31,137 bases of DNA from an uncultured Candidatus Saccharibacteria bacterium (GTDB lineage: Bacteria; Patescibacteriota; WWE3; JAUXAW01; JAYEID01): positions 1 to 31,137 of the forward strand of contig CAZOPS010000004.1 of the NCBI GenBank assembly GCA_964581885.1, written 5' to 3'. This document shows positions 1 through 8,134 of the stretch, one piece after another. A program made the translations under genes and the position numbers. The notes beneath the pieces are model-generated. The model ran no database searches. It was given only the letters and a program-made list of their open reading frames with translations, and was not told the DNA's origin. The first letter of the stretch is position 1. The number at the start of each line of letters is the position of its first letter.

Positions 1-2
1 TT

Positions 3-596
3 GTTGTTCGCGGTAAAAAGTTTGATTCTCACTACTTCCTGCCTGCATTTCCGTTTTTTGCGTTGATTGTTGGGAAGAATGTTACTGATGCCCTTTTTAT
101 ACTAAGCGAAAAAGTTAGTTCAAATCTAAAATTCGGATTGGAAAGCTCTAAACAAAATATAAAGCCTAAACTAGAAACTTTGAAAGATTCGGAATTCGTT
201 TTTAAAGCTTTTCATATTTTTTTTGTGTTTTTGATTTTCTTCCCAGCATTAGGTAAGTCTGTACATACCGGCCTAGTTTATGCTCGGCAGGATACGCGTA
301 CACAAGCTAGCCAATGGATTGATAATAATGTGGAACCAGGTACTTGGGTAGCAGTTACGGGAACAGAAGATATTGAGATAGTTGCAAAAGGGGTAGAGAG
401 AAAGACATATAAGAAGCTGAGTATTTTAGATAAGTTCGAGCAGTATGACTTTATAATTGTTACTGATGAAAAGCGTGTTTATACAATGGAAAAAATGGCT
501 GACAACGGTTTTGAATTAGTTCAAGAGTACACGAACGTTAACCCCACTCGCCGCGGACCCCATGTTTGGATTTTTTTAAGATCTAATTCGGAATGA
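3..596 (+). CDS. C-terminal part of an ArnT/PMT-like (GT-C) membrane glycosyltransferase, 5'-truncated by the window
   Basis: The frame is open from base 3 (VVRGKKFDSHYFLPAFPFFALIVG...). YFLPAFPFFAL and DTRTQASQWI resemble the late TM segment and periplasmic tail of GT39/ArnT-like proteins, and the gene lies in a glycosylation cluster. Confidence 0.6.
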   Translation, partial: VVRGKKFDSHYFLPAFPFFALIVGKNVTDALFILSEKVSSNLKFGLESSKQNIKPKLETLKDSEFVFKAFHIFFVFLIFFPALGKSVHTGLVYARQDTRTQASQWIDNNVEPGTWVAVTGTEDIEIVAKGVERKTYKKLSILDKFEQYDFIIVTDEKRVYTMEKMADNGFELVQEYTNVNPTRRGPHVWIFLRSNSE

Positions 597-625
597 CCCC
601 TATTAGAAAGTCTAGAAACACTATC

Positions 626-668
626 AAAACAACTCTGTCTAACGCCTTGCGTTAGACGGGGCTGTTTT
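626..668. terminator. Intergenic hairpin (terminator or REP-like)
   Basis: GTCTAACGC-ctt-GCGTTAGAC is a perfect 9-bp stem (637-657), extendable with G.U pairs toward AAAAC/GTTTT. Confidence 0.5.
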
Positions 669-710
669 CATAAGGTTTTTTGAAAATGGAGGGGAGATGG
701 TAGAATAAAG

Positions 711-2198
711 ATGGAAATGGTTCGCGTGTTGAAGTTATTGCAAAAACCTTTACTCGTTTTTTTCCTGGCCTTCTTTGTTTATTTTTTTTCTTGGTTTTTT
801 GTTTATAAAACTGGAATAAACGATACGTCTATCCAGAGTCAAGATACTCTTCCTGCTCTTTTTGTTCCAGCCTCTATGAGTCTAGAAGGTAATTTTAATT
901 TAGATGAGTATTACGAACTGCTTATTTCTGAGCACCCTCATCCAGATGGAGAAGGTGTTCCTTTTTATTTGAAAGTGGTTGATGGACATTTTTATTCTGC
1001 CTTTCCTGTTATTACAGGATTGTTTGCAGTACCTATTTACTTCTTACCGCTTAGACTTGGCTTGCCAGTAACTTTTGAAACAGTTGCGATTCTTGGCCAT
1101 GTTGCTTCGGCAATGATGATTGCCTTATCTGTTACTTTTATGTACAAAATATTTCGTCAGCTAGCAATTGATGGCCGGCGATCATTAGTTTTATCGCTTG
1201 TTTACGCTTTTGGTACTTGTTCTTTTGCACTTACTTCCCAGGGGATGTGGCAGCATACTGCTAGCCAGTTAATGTTTTCGTTAGCATTATATTTTTTAGT
1301 GCTGGGTTTTGAAAATCCAAATAGGGCAGTATGGTCAGGGTTATTCTTAGGTTTGGCAACCTTGTCTCGCCCTACAGGTGCGCTTGCTGTTCTGTTCCTT
1401 TCTTCATATTTTCTTTTCCGCTTTAGCTGGCTTAATTTTCTAAAGTATGTTTTGCTTGGTCTTTTTCCTCTTGCTGTTTTTCTAGCCGTGCCCGGTTTGC
1501 ATGAAGGTGTGTTTGCTGGCTATGCCTCTCAGGTAGGTTCCAATTGGACAGCACCCTTTCCGCAGGGTTTTTTGGGAGAATGGCTCTCTCCAAGTAAAGG
1601 AATATTGGTTTATTCGCCGGTATTCTTGTTTTCTTTTATTGGAGTTTGGTTGTTAATCCGGGGAAGAGCTAAGATAAACCTTGGCGTCAGTCCGGCGAAA
1701 ATTTCAAGTAACAAAATCCAAATAACAAATAAATCTCAAAGTTCAAATTTCAAAATTTTTGGAACTTGGGGTTTGGGATTTGGGATTTCCCGACGGCTAA
1801 ATAGCCTTGCATCACGAGAAAATCTTTTTTATTGGGTGTTTGTTTGCATAGTAATCCATTCTTTAACCGTTGGGAAGTGGTACCATTGGTATGGCGGTTG
1901 GGCATTTGGTTATAGAATGATGAGTGATATGATTCCTTTTCTTGCGTTTCTTTGGGTTCCTTTTGCTAAATCAAAATATTGGGAAGATCTTAAAATGTGG
2001 TTTTTTGGTGCTGCTTTCTGGTCGGTAGGTATTCAACTCGCGGGTATAGCTTTCTTTGACGGGGTTTGGCATAACCTTTTTGATGAGGGGCCCAATAGCC
2101 AGGCCTGGCTTTGGTCAATTAAAAACAGCGAAATGCTTTATTATGTACGTCGATTGATTGCTAAGTTGAAAGGTCAACCAACAAACTTAGTTCGTTAG
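711..2198 (+). CDS. Polytopic GT-C-fold membrane glycosyltransferase with an in-frame repeat insertion
   Basis: About 10+ hydrophobic segments; motifs SQDTLPA, YAFGT..SQGMWQH, LSRPT, SPSKGILVYSP and W.GGWAFGYRMMSD are typical of uncharacterised GT-C proteins. Confidence 0.7.
   Translation: MEMVRVLKLLQKPLLVFFLAFFVYFFSWFFVYKTGINDTSIQSQDTLPALFVPASMSLEGNFNLDEYYELLISEHPHPDGEGVPFYLKVVDGHFYSAFPVITGLFAVPIYFLPLRLGLPVTFETVAILGHVASAMMIALSVTFMYKIFRQLAIDGRRSLVLSLVYAFGTCSFALTSQGMWQHTASQLMFSLALYFLVLGFENPNRAVWSGLFLGLATLSRPTGALAVLFLSSYFLFRFSWLNFLKYVLLGLFPLAVFLAVPGLHEGVFAGYASQVGSNWTAPFPQGFLGEWLSPSKGILVYSPVFLFSFIGVWLLIRGRAKINLGVSPAKISSNKIQITNKSQSSNFKIFGTWGLGFGISRRLNSLASRENLFYWVFVCIVIHSLTVGKWYHWYGGWAFGYRMMSDMIPFLAFLWVPFAKSKYWEDLKMWFFGAAFWSVGIQLAGIAFFDGVWHNLFDEGPNSQAWLWSIKNSEMLYYVRRLIAKLKGQPTNLVR
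1689..1798. repeat. In-frame 7-nt periodic imperfect inverted repeat
   Basis: A left arm of caaat-type heptads (aaatccaaataacaaataaatctcaaagttcaaatttcaaa) faces a right arm tttggaacttggggtttgggatttgggattt. Confidence 0.8.
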
Positions 2199-2248
2199 GT
2201 CTAATAGTTTAGGACTTATTTAAGATTTGAAATTGGTAATTTAAAATT

Positions 2249-3634
2249 ATGAGAATTATTTTTCTTTCCAACCAACTTTTTGATTATCCGCTTAAAACCA
2301 ACAAGTGGCATGTTGCTACCCGGGTAGCTGATCGGGGGCATAAGGTGCTTTTCGTTGACCCGCCAATCCGTTTCCGGAAAGTAGTAAAGCAGATTTTCCA
2401 AGGGAGGTGGCCGCTCCAACGTTTATTGTCAGGTGTTTGTGCCCCGACCGGCAATTCCCTAAAGCCAGGTTCTGGGACCGGTCTTAGAACCTGGCTTTTA
2501 TCCTTGCCGGCCGTTAATTTAAAAGTTTTCACGCCACTAACGCAGACCATCTCCGAATCTCCGAACATGACAACTTTCAATGTTAACCGTATGAAACTGC
2601 ACATCCCTGATTTTTTTGATGGTGAAGCAATCCTGTGGGTTTACAATCCAGCAATGATTGACTATATTGATCGGATTCCGCATAGACTGCTGGTTTATGA
2701 TTGTGTGGATGATTATCCCTCTATGGCTAATTATCAGCGTTTGGGTTTTTCTGAAGAAATTGCGGAAAGGGAAGAAAAGATTGCGAAAAGAGCAGATATT
2801 ATTTTTACAACTACTAAGAATTTAGCTAATAAAATTCGTAAGTGGAATGATAATGTTCATTATGTAGGTAATGCGGGAGACTACAGCCGCTTTGCTTCTG
2901 CGGCCAAAGCGGAAATTACAAATAACCCCCCTTCGCTAAACCTGCCTGCCGGCGAGGCAGGGCTACGGGGGGCAGGCAAATTAAAAATTTCAAATGAGGA
3001 AAAGAGGAGAGCCGGCAAGGAAAAACCGCCGCAGGAGAAGCCCCTGGGGCTAGATCCGCAGAAACCCCTAGGGCTGGGGAATGCGGCGGTTCTTAAAGAC
3101 ATACCCCACCCCTGCATAGGCTTTACGGGAGCAATTGACGATTACAAAGTGAACCTTTCTCTTCTTGTAAAAATTGCAAAAGACCATCCGGAAAAGTCTT
3201 TGGTTTTAGTGGGACCAACTGGAGTAGCAGATACCCAGCCTGATTTGCGTGACTTGAAAAAGCTGGACAACGTTTATTTTATGGGAAAACGACCTTATGA
3301 AGAAATGCCCCAATTCCATGCCAGCTTTGATGTTTTTATAATTCCCTATAATTTGAATGACTATACCGTCAAAGGTTGCTTTCCGGTTAAGTTTTTGAAT
3401 GCTCTTGCTGCGGGGTTGCCTGTTGTGGTTACTAACCTTCCCGCTTATGAGGATTTTTCGGATGTGGCTTATATTGCGGGGGATGACGAGAAATTCAGTA
3501 AAACAATTGATAAAGCTCTGAATGAAAATAATCAGGAAAAGGTGGAAGAACGGATGCGTGTGGCTCGTGAAAATTCTTGGAACAATAAGGTAGAAAAAAT
3601 GCTCCAGCTTGTTTCTTCTCAGCTTTCTGCTTAG
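2249..3634 (+). CDS. GT-B (GT4/TuaH-like) glycosyltransferase with in-frame palindromic insertions
   Basis: Motifs LLVYDCVDDY, ADIIFTT, IGFTGAIDDYKV, FPVKFLNALAAGLPVV. Confidence 0.85.
   Translation: MRIIFLSNQLFDYPLKTNKWHVATRVADRGHKVLFVDPPIRFRKVVKQIFQGRWPLQRLLSGVCAPTGNSLKPGSGTGLRTWLLSLPAVNLKVFTPLTQTISESPNMTTFNVNRMKLHIPDFFDGEAILWVYNPAMIDYIDRIPHRLLVYDCVDDYPSMANYQRLGFSEEIAEREEKIAKRADIIFTTTKNLANKIRKWNDNVHYVGNAGDYSRFASAAKAEITNNPPSLNLPAGEAGLRGAGKLKISNEEKRRAGKEKPPQEKPLGLDPQKPLGLGNAAVLKDIPHPCIGFTGAIDDYKVNLSLLVKIAKDHPEKSLVLVGPTGVADTQPDLRDLKKLDNVYFMGKRPYEEMPQFHASFDVFIIPYNLNDYTVKGCFPVKFLNALAAGLPVVVTNLPAYEDFSDVAYIAGDDEKFSKTIDKALNENNQEKVEERMRVARENSWNNKVEKMLQLVSSQLSA
2448..2510 (+). repeat. Hairpin element family H1, copy A (in-frame)
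   Basis: ttccct-AAAGCCAGGTTCT-gggaccggtctt-AGAACCTGGCTTT-tatcc; perfect 13-bp stem plus outer stem ccggcaa/ttgccgg. Confidence 0.9.
2941..2961. repeat. CCTGCC-type palindrome (in-frame, nested)
   Basis: cctgcctgccggcgaggcagg; related copies at 24097 and 28078. Confidence 0.85.
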
Positions 3635-3721
3635 TTGTTGTTTTGCTTCTGGTTCCTATATAGGATATAATTTAGCTTACGTGCTATTCATTGCTGGGTA
3701 TATGATTAAGGAGGTGAGCTG

Positions 3722-4195
3722 GTGACTGACGAGAATGTGGATAAAATAATTACTTTGATGGAGGAGTATGATTTCGAGACTGCTTTGGAGGAAGCTCGAG
3801 CATTTTTGAGAGTTACAGAAGACCCGAAGAAGAAAGCAGAACTTTACCTTTTGGTTTCTTCTTTGTCAGAACTTGTGGGAGACAGGGAAACATACGGTTC
3901 AGCATTGTTTGGGGCGCTGGCTATTTTCAGGACTTTAGGTAATGTTGAGGAGGTAGCGCACACTCTGATTCTTATTGGCCGGGCACAGTTGGAGAGCGAC
4001 TTGGTTGATGAGGGCATAAACTATTGTGTAGAAGCACTGAAAATTGCTTTGCACAATGAAGAGATATATAGAGTGCAGCTCCCGCTTATTACCCAGGTTT
4101 TGGGAAATGCTTTCTCAGAGCGTGACCCGTGGCTTTCGGCAGAGTTTCGAAAGTTTGGTTCTCGAATTGAAAAGGAATATGGCAAGGAGGACTAG
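3722..4195 (+). CDS. Hypothetical TPR-like helical protein
   Basis: Helical repeat pattern (AELYLLVSSL, ALAIFRTLGNVEEVAHTLILIGRA); strong SD AAGGAGGTGA upstream of a GTG start. Confidence 0.6.
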   Translation: MTDENVDKIITLMEEYDFETALEEARAFLRVTEDPKKKAELYLLVSSLSELVGDRETYGSALFGALAIFRTLGNVEEVAHTLILIGRAQLESDLVDEGINYCVEALKIALHNEEIYRVQLPLITQVLGNAFSERDPWLSAEFRKFGSRIEKEYGKED

Positions 4196-4474
4196 GTGAA
4201 AAAGAGAAATTTGCAGCGGGTAATAGGTAGTTTAGTAGTGATTGTTGTACTTGTACTCCATTTTGGTGCAGCAATAACAGTTCCGTTGCCTGAACCTCGC
4301 TACTTGTTTTGTCGTGGATTGCTGATTTTTTTAGCAGTCTTCTCTGTGGGTCTTCTGATTACGGCTGCGGATGACCTTTTGGTCAGGAGGGTTCAAGGTC
4401 TTAGCGTTGGCCTAGCGTGTATGCTACTTTACGTTGCTATCTGGGTCAGCGTTTTTTTCTGGTTAAAGATCTAG
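4196..4474 (+). CDS. Small membrane protein (about 3 TM segments)
   Basis: Three hydrophobic stretches; GTG start directly follows the previous TAG, with an AAGGAGG SD. Confidence 0.6.
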   Translation: MKKRNLQRVIGSLVVIVVLVLHFGAAITVPLPEPRYLFCRGLLIFLAVFSVGLLITAADDLLVRRVQGLSVGLACMLLYVAIWVSVFFWLKI

Positions 4475-4489
4475 TTTCCAATTTGTATT

Positions 4490-4529
4490 GAGCGGGGAAG
4501 CTTAAAGGAGCAACCCTGCTCTTTTTTTT
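4490..4529 (+). terminator. Possible intrinsic terminator
   Basis: GAGCGGGG...CCCTGCTC stem followed by 8 T; the loop is long (16 nt). Confidence 0.45.
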
Positions 4530-4575
4530 GGAGAAACCTTTTTTATGTGTTTTAATTGAGTTGTAAGTTTATTTT

Positions 4576-5253
4576 ATGAAAGCTATTGGTGACTTTTTAA
4601 TGGATAAAGGTTGGCGAGCGCGAGAAAGGACAACCCCTTTTTGGTTTGTTGTTTCTTGGGTTTTGTTAAACCTTGCTCGAATAATTTTTATAATTATTGG
4701 AGATGATTTTGGTTATTCTGAATCTTTGAATCATTTGGGTATTCTTGCGAAGTTACGTGCACGTCGTCAAATGCGCTTTGCAATTTCAAATTTTAAAAAA
4801 GCCGAGAGGATAGCAGATAATGCCGCTACCTGGTTAAATTTAGGGGGAGCATTAATGGAGGCCGGTGCGTACGAAGCAGCTAAAGAGCCTTTGAAACAGG
4901 CTATAGAGGCCTACGGTGATAAGCCCGGTGCAAGGGGAAATGCCCGCTCGCACCACGCGCGGACCTTGCTTCGAACCGGTCAAGTGGAACAAGCCGGGGA
5001 ACAGAACAAGCTGGCTTTGGAGGAATTGGAAAAAGGTCGGGGGGAGGAGGACACTTTCCATCTTACGGTTTGGAAAACTTCGGCTCTGATGACCGAAGCG
5101 CGGATCCGTTTTGCTTCTGGGAATTGCGACGAAGCCCAGAATTTAGCCCAAAAAGCTTTAAAATTGGCCAAAGAAATGAGCCTTCCTGAGCGCACCCGGC
5201 AGGCCAGCGAGCTAGTTAGTTCTCTCAGGAGTCTTCAAAAATCTCGCGGATAA
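4576..5253 (+). CDS. TPR-repeat protein
   Basis: TPR-like units (AATWLNLGGALMEAGAYEAAKEPLKQAIE; ARIRFASGNCDEAQNLAQKALKL). Overlaps the convergent ABC ATPase gene by 29 nt. Confidence 0.7.
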   Translation: MKAIGDFLMDKGWRARERTTPFWFVVSWVLLNLARIIFIIIGDDFGYSESLNHLGILAKLRARRQMRFAISNFKKAERIADNAATWLNLGGALMEAGAYEAAKEPLKQAIEAYGDKPGARGNARSHHARTLLRTGQVEQAGEQNKLALEELEKGRGEEDTFHLTVWKTSALMTEARIRFASGNCDEAQNLAQKALKLAKEMSLPERTRQASELVSSLRSLQKSRG

Positions 5254-6199
5254 TATCTTCCAGTTGCGGTTCGTCAATGTTCAAGTCATCCACGGGGAAT
5301 TCTGAAAGTAACTTAGTAGCTCTTTCTGTTGCCTCCTCTCGCGGTACATAAAGAACTGCTTTATGCGGAGTAAATTCCTTTACTTCTCCAATTTTTTCCA
5401 GATCTTTTTCTTTAACATCATTTTCAAAAATTACAACTAGGGTTTTGTATGGCGCATGGTCCTTAATTAGTTTATCAACACGCCCGTCAAAGGCAATTTT
5501 ACCTTTGTTGATCATCATCACACGCTCGCAAAGATTTTTTACATCTTCCATGTAGTGGCTGGTGAGAATAATTGTGGCATTGTGCCGCGTGTTGTATTCA
5601 CGAACGAAATCACGAATTTTTTTCTGCATTACTACGTCCAGTCCAATAGTTGGTTCATCAAGAAAAAGTACTTTTGGCTGGTGAAGGAGCGAGGCGATAA
5701 GTTCACATTTCATTCTTTGCCCGAGAGAAAGTTTCCGAACTTGTACATCTAAAATTTTTTCAATATCTAAGAGTTCAACCAGCTCATCTAGCCTTTTCCT
5801 GTACTCCTTTTCCGGCACTTCGTAGATTTCCTTATTCAACCGGAAAGTTTCTTGTGCTGGTAAGTCCCACCAAAGCTGGTTTTTTTGTCCCATGACCAGA
5901 GAAATTTGCTTTTTAAATTTATTTTTTCTTTCTTTAGGATCAAAATCCAAAATCTTTACTTCGCCTGCGGTGGGGTAGAGAAGCCCGGATAAACATTTTA
6001 AGGTAGTAGTTTTCCCCGCACCATTGGGTCCAATGAAACCAACAAGCTCCCCCTCTTCAATGGAAAAACTTATATCGTTTACAGCTTTAACATTTTCGTA
6101 TTTCCGCTTGACTAGTGCTTTTAAAGAACCTACAAGTCCCGGTTCCTTGTGAAAAACCTTGTAGTATTTTTTAAGATTTTTTACATCAATCGCTACCAT
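5225..6199 (-). CDS. ABC exporter ATP-binding subunit
   Basis: Walker A GPNGAGKTT, signature LSLGQ, Walker B LFLDEPT, H-loop LTSH. Confidence 0.95.
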   Translation of the reverse strand: MVAIDVKNLKKYYKVFHKEPGLVGSLKALVKRKYENVKAVNDISFSIEEGELVGFIGPNGAGKTTTLKCLSGLLYPTAGEVKILDFDPKERKNKFKKQISLVMGQKNQLWWDLPAQETFRLNKEIYEVPEKEYRKRLDELVELLDIEKILDVQVRKLSLGQRMKCELIASLLHQPKVLFLDEPTIGLDVVMQKKIRDFVREYNTRHNATIILTSHYMEDVKNLCERVMMINKGKIAFDGRVDKLIKDHAPYKTLVVIFENDVKEKDLEKIGEVKEFTPHKAVLYVPREEATERATKLLSEFPVDDLNIDEPQLEDIIREIFEDS

Positions 6200-6254
6200 A
6201 AGACAAATTGTAACACATACGTATAATGCCTTCTCTGATAGTGATATTCAGGAC

Positions 6255-6279
6255 ATATTCAGGACCTGGGACTGAATAT
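6255..6279. repeat. REP-like hairpin at the 3' side of the RAYT
   Basis: ATATTCAG-gacctggga-CTGAATAT, identical to 7096-7120. It is preceded by a duplicated atattcaggac (6244-6254) and abuts the RAYT stop codon. Confidence 0.85.
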
Positions 6280-7049
6280 CACTGTGAGGACAGGATTTTT
6301 AGGTATTGCTCTCGCATTTCCTTCTGTTGCGCCTTCTTCTGGTTTTTAAATCTTTTGAACCAACCAAAGTCATCGTCTATGGCTATACTTTCAAGTCTTA
6401 TTGGTTCGAACTCGTCAATTTCAGCTGAGACGAATTCTTTGTATTCTTGCGGATCTTGGACCAGGTTTGTTACGCGATCTGGTTTCAAAAAAGCAATCTT
6501 GTTTGGTCCATTTACATAAGTTGAGAAGCTGGACCAAGGATATTCGATCAATTGATTGACAGACGATAGTCCTAACTTTTTGGGATTTAGATGATGGTAA
6601 CGAGTTAGGTGCAGCAGCTGTTCGTCTGTTTCTACAAGAATGCTTTTGTAATTTCCTTCGAAAAGCCGTCCGCTTCTTTCTAAACGCACATTAAAATAAT
6701 TAGTGTAGGAAAGTCCTATCTTATGCATATAGAAAGCTATTCCCCTTTCTTTTTTTTGTTCCAGGGTTAGGTGATAGTGATTAGGCATCAAGCAGAGGGA
6801 TAGAATTTCGATAGGGGGTTTAATTCGCTTTTTTTCTAACCAAGCGAGTACAGCATTTTTTCCTTGCCTTGTTTTTGTTTGCTTCAAACGTTGTTGTAGT
6901 TCACTATATGGGCAATTGTGATTCAGATAATGGTTTAAAATGGAGATAAAATGTTTGTAGTAGGTTCTATCAAGAAAGATATTACGTTTTTCGATTCCGC
7001 GGTTGTAAATATGATATATGTTTCCAACTTCCAGTGTTCTTCGAGGCAT
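6279..7049 (-). mobile_element. REP-associated tyrosine transposase (RAYT, Y1_Tnp HUH family)
   Basis: N-terminal YHIYNRG...IF, HUH motif LMPNHYHL, G.LFEG.YKS, catalytic Tyr in RYHHLNP, then YPWSS. Confidence 0.92.
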
Positions 7050-7095
7050 TGCAACGTGATTTTAACTTAGCACACAAATTATTGTAAGGACAAGG

Positions 7096-7120
7096 ATATT
7101 CAGGACCTGGGACTGAATAT
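7096..7120. repeat. REP-like hairpin at the 5' side of the RAYT
   Basis: atattcaggacctgggactgaatat, an exact direct repeat of 6255-6279. Confidence 0.85.
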
Positions 7121-7154
7121 TGCTGTTGGGAAGGTTTTTAGTGGGGATGGGGGG

Positions 7155-7946
7155 TCAGGAGGAGGCGGAGTTGTAGTAGCGAAGGGCGAAGTGCCAAAAA
7201 CGATTTGAGAGGAATAGGAGCAATAAAGCTATAGTGGGAAGCCAGATGGACTCCAGAAGTGTGGCGCGGCCTAGCAAAGCCTTTACCGGAATAGCTGCGA
7301 TAATGAGAAGAGGTATTAAGAGCGTGAAGAATGTTAAAGCTACTTCTCCAAAAATTTGCGGGGGATAACGAGAAAAGCTGTAAAGACTAATAAATACTTC
7401 ATGAATTTCGCGGATTTGGGGGAACCAGATTGCGGGAGTTACGCTGATAAACCACAGTGCATAGCAAAGTATTACGCTGAAAAGGATCAGGATAAGATAA
7501 AGAATAATATTTATTAACGACGGGTTTATGCTTAGATTTCTTAGGGCTATTATTAGTAATCCAATTCCGCTAACCAGCGGCGTCACTGAAAAGAGCCGGA
7601 TTAATCGGGTGGAAACATAGAATTGTGATGAAATTGGGAGCAAAAGAGGGAAATCTAGAGTACCTCTTCTTACTTGGGTAACAAGCCTTGCCATGTTTTG
7701 GACAAGTGGGCCAAAGTATATGCCGCGAATTATACTTGCGGTTGCATACAAAAGCAGAACTTCTTGGTAGCTCCAGCCGCCTATAGATGTTATCTGACCA
7801 AATATTATGTGCAGGCCCAAAATTCCAATAGTAACGTTTATTACTTCGGCAATACAGTGCGAAATAAAACTTACCCTAAACATGGATTCTTTAATAAGCG
7901 CATTTTTTATAAATTGTAGGTAGAGTTTTGTGTATTTAATGAGCAT
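7155..7946 (-). CDS. ABC-2 family exporter permease (DUF990/ABC_export-like)
   Basis: Six-TM pattern; GGWSYQEVLLL, VRRGTLDFPLLLP and YPPQIF are typical of this family. Confidence 0.85.
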   Translation of the reverse strand: MLIKYTKLYLQFIKNALIKESMFRVSFISHCIAEVINVTIGILGLHIIFGQITSIGGWSYQEVLLLYATASIIRGIYFGPLVQNMARLVTQVRRGTLDFPLLLPISSQFYVSTRLIRLFSVTPLVSGIGLLIIALRNLSINPSLINIILYLILILFSVILCYALWFISVTPAIWFPQIREIHEVFISLYSFSRYPPQIFGEVALTFFTLLIPLLIIAAIPVKALLGRATLLESIWLPTIALLLLFLSNRFWHFALRYYNSASS

Positions 7947-7997
7947 TGTTTTTTGTTGTCTTTAATGCAGTCAAAGCGCTTTTTTCTCTCGTTAAGA

Positions 7998-8122
7998 GTA
8001 ATCCCAAATCCCGCTTTGCGGGATTGGGATTACGTAAAGCACTCGGTTTAAGAAACCTCGTGTTAAACGCTTCGCTGTAAAGAAGTAGATTCTTGCCTCT
8101 TCGGCAGGTCCAGAATGACTTC
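7998..8122. repeat. Two intergenic REP-like hairpins between the permease genes
   Basis: gtaatcccaaatcccgc-ttt-gcgggattgggattac (7998-8033) and gaagtagattcttgcctcttcggcaggtccagaatgacttc (about 8082-8121). Confidence 0.7.
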
Positions 8123-8134
8123 TATTTGTATTTG

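Noticed and set aside
6226-6519. 97-aa plus-strand ORF across the REP and RAYT 3' end
   Set aside because: Antisense shadow of the RAYT with no recognisable motifs.
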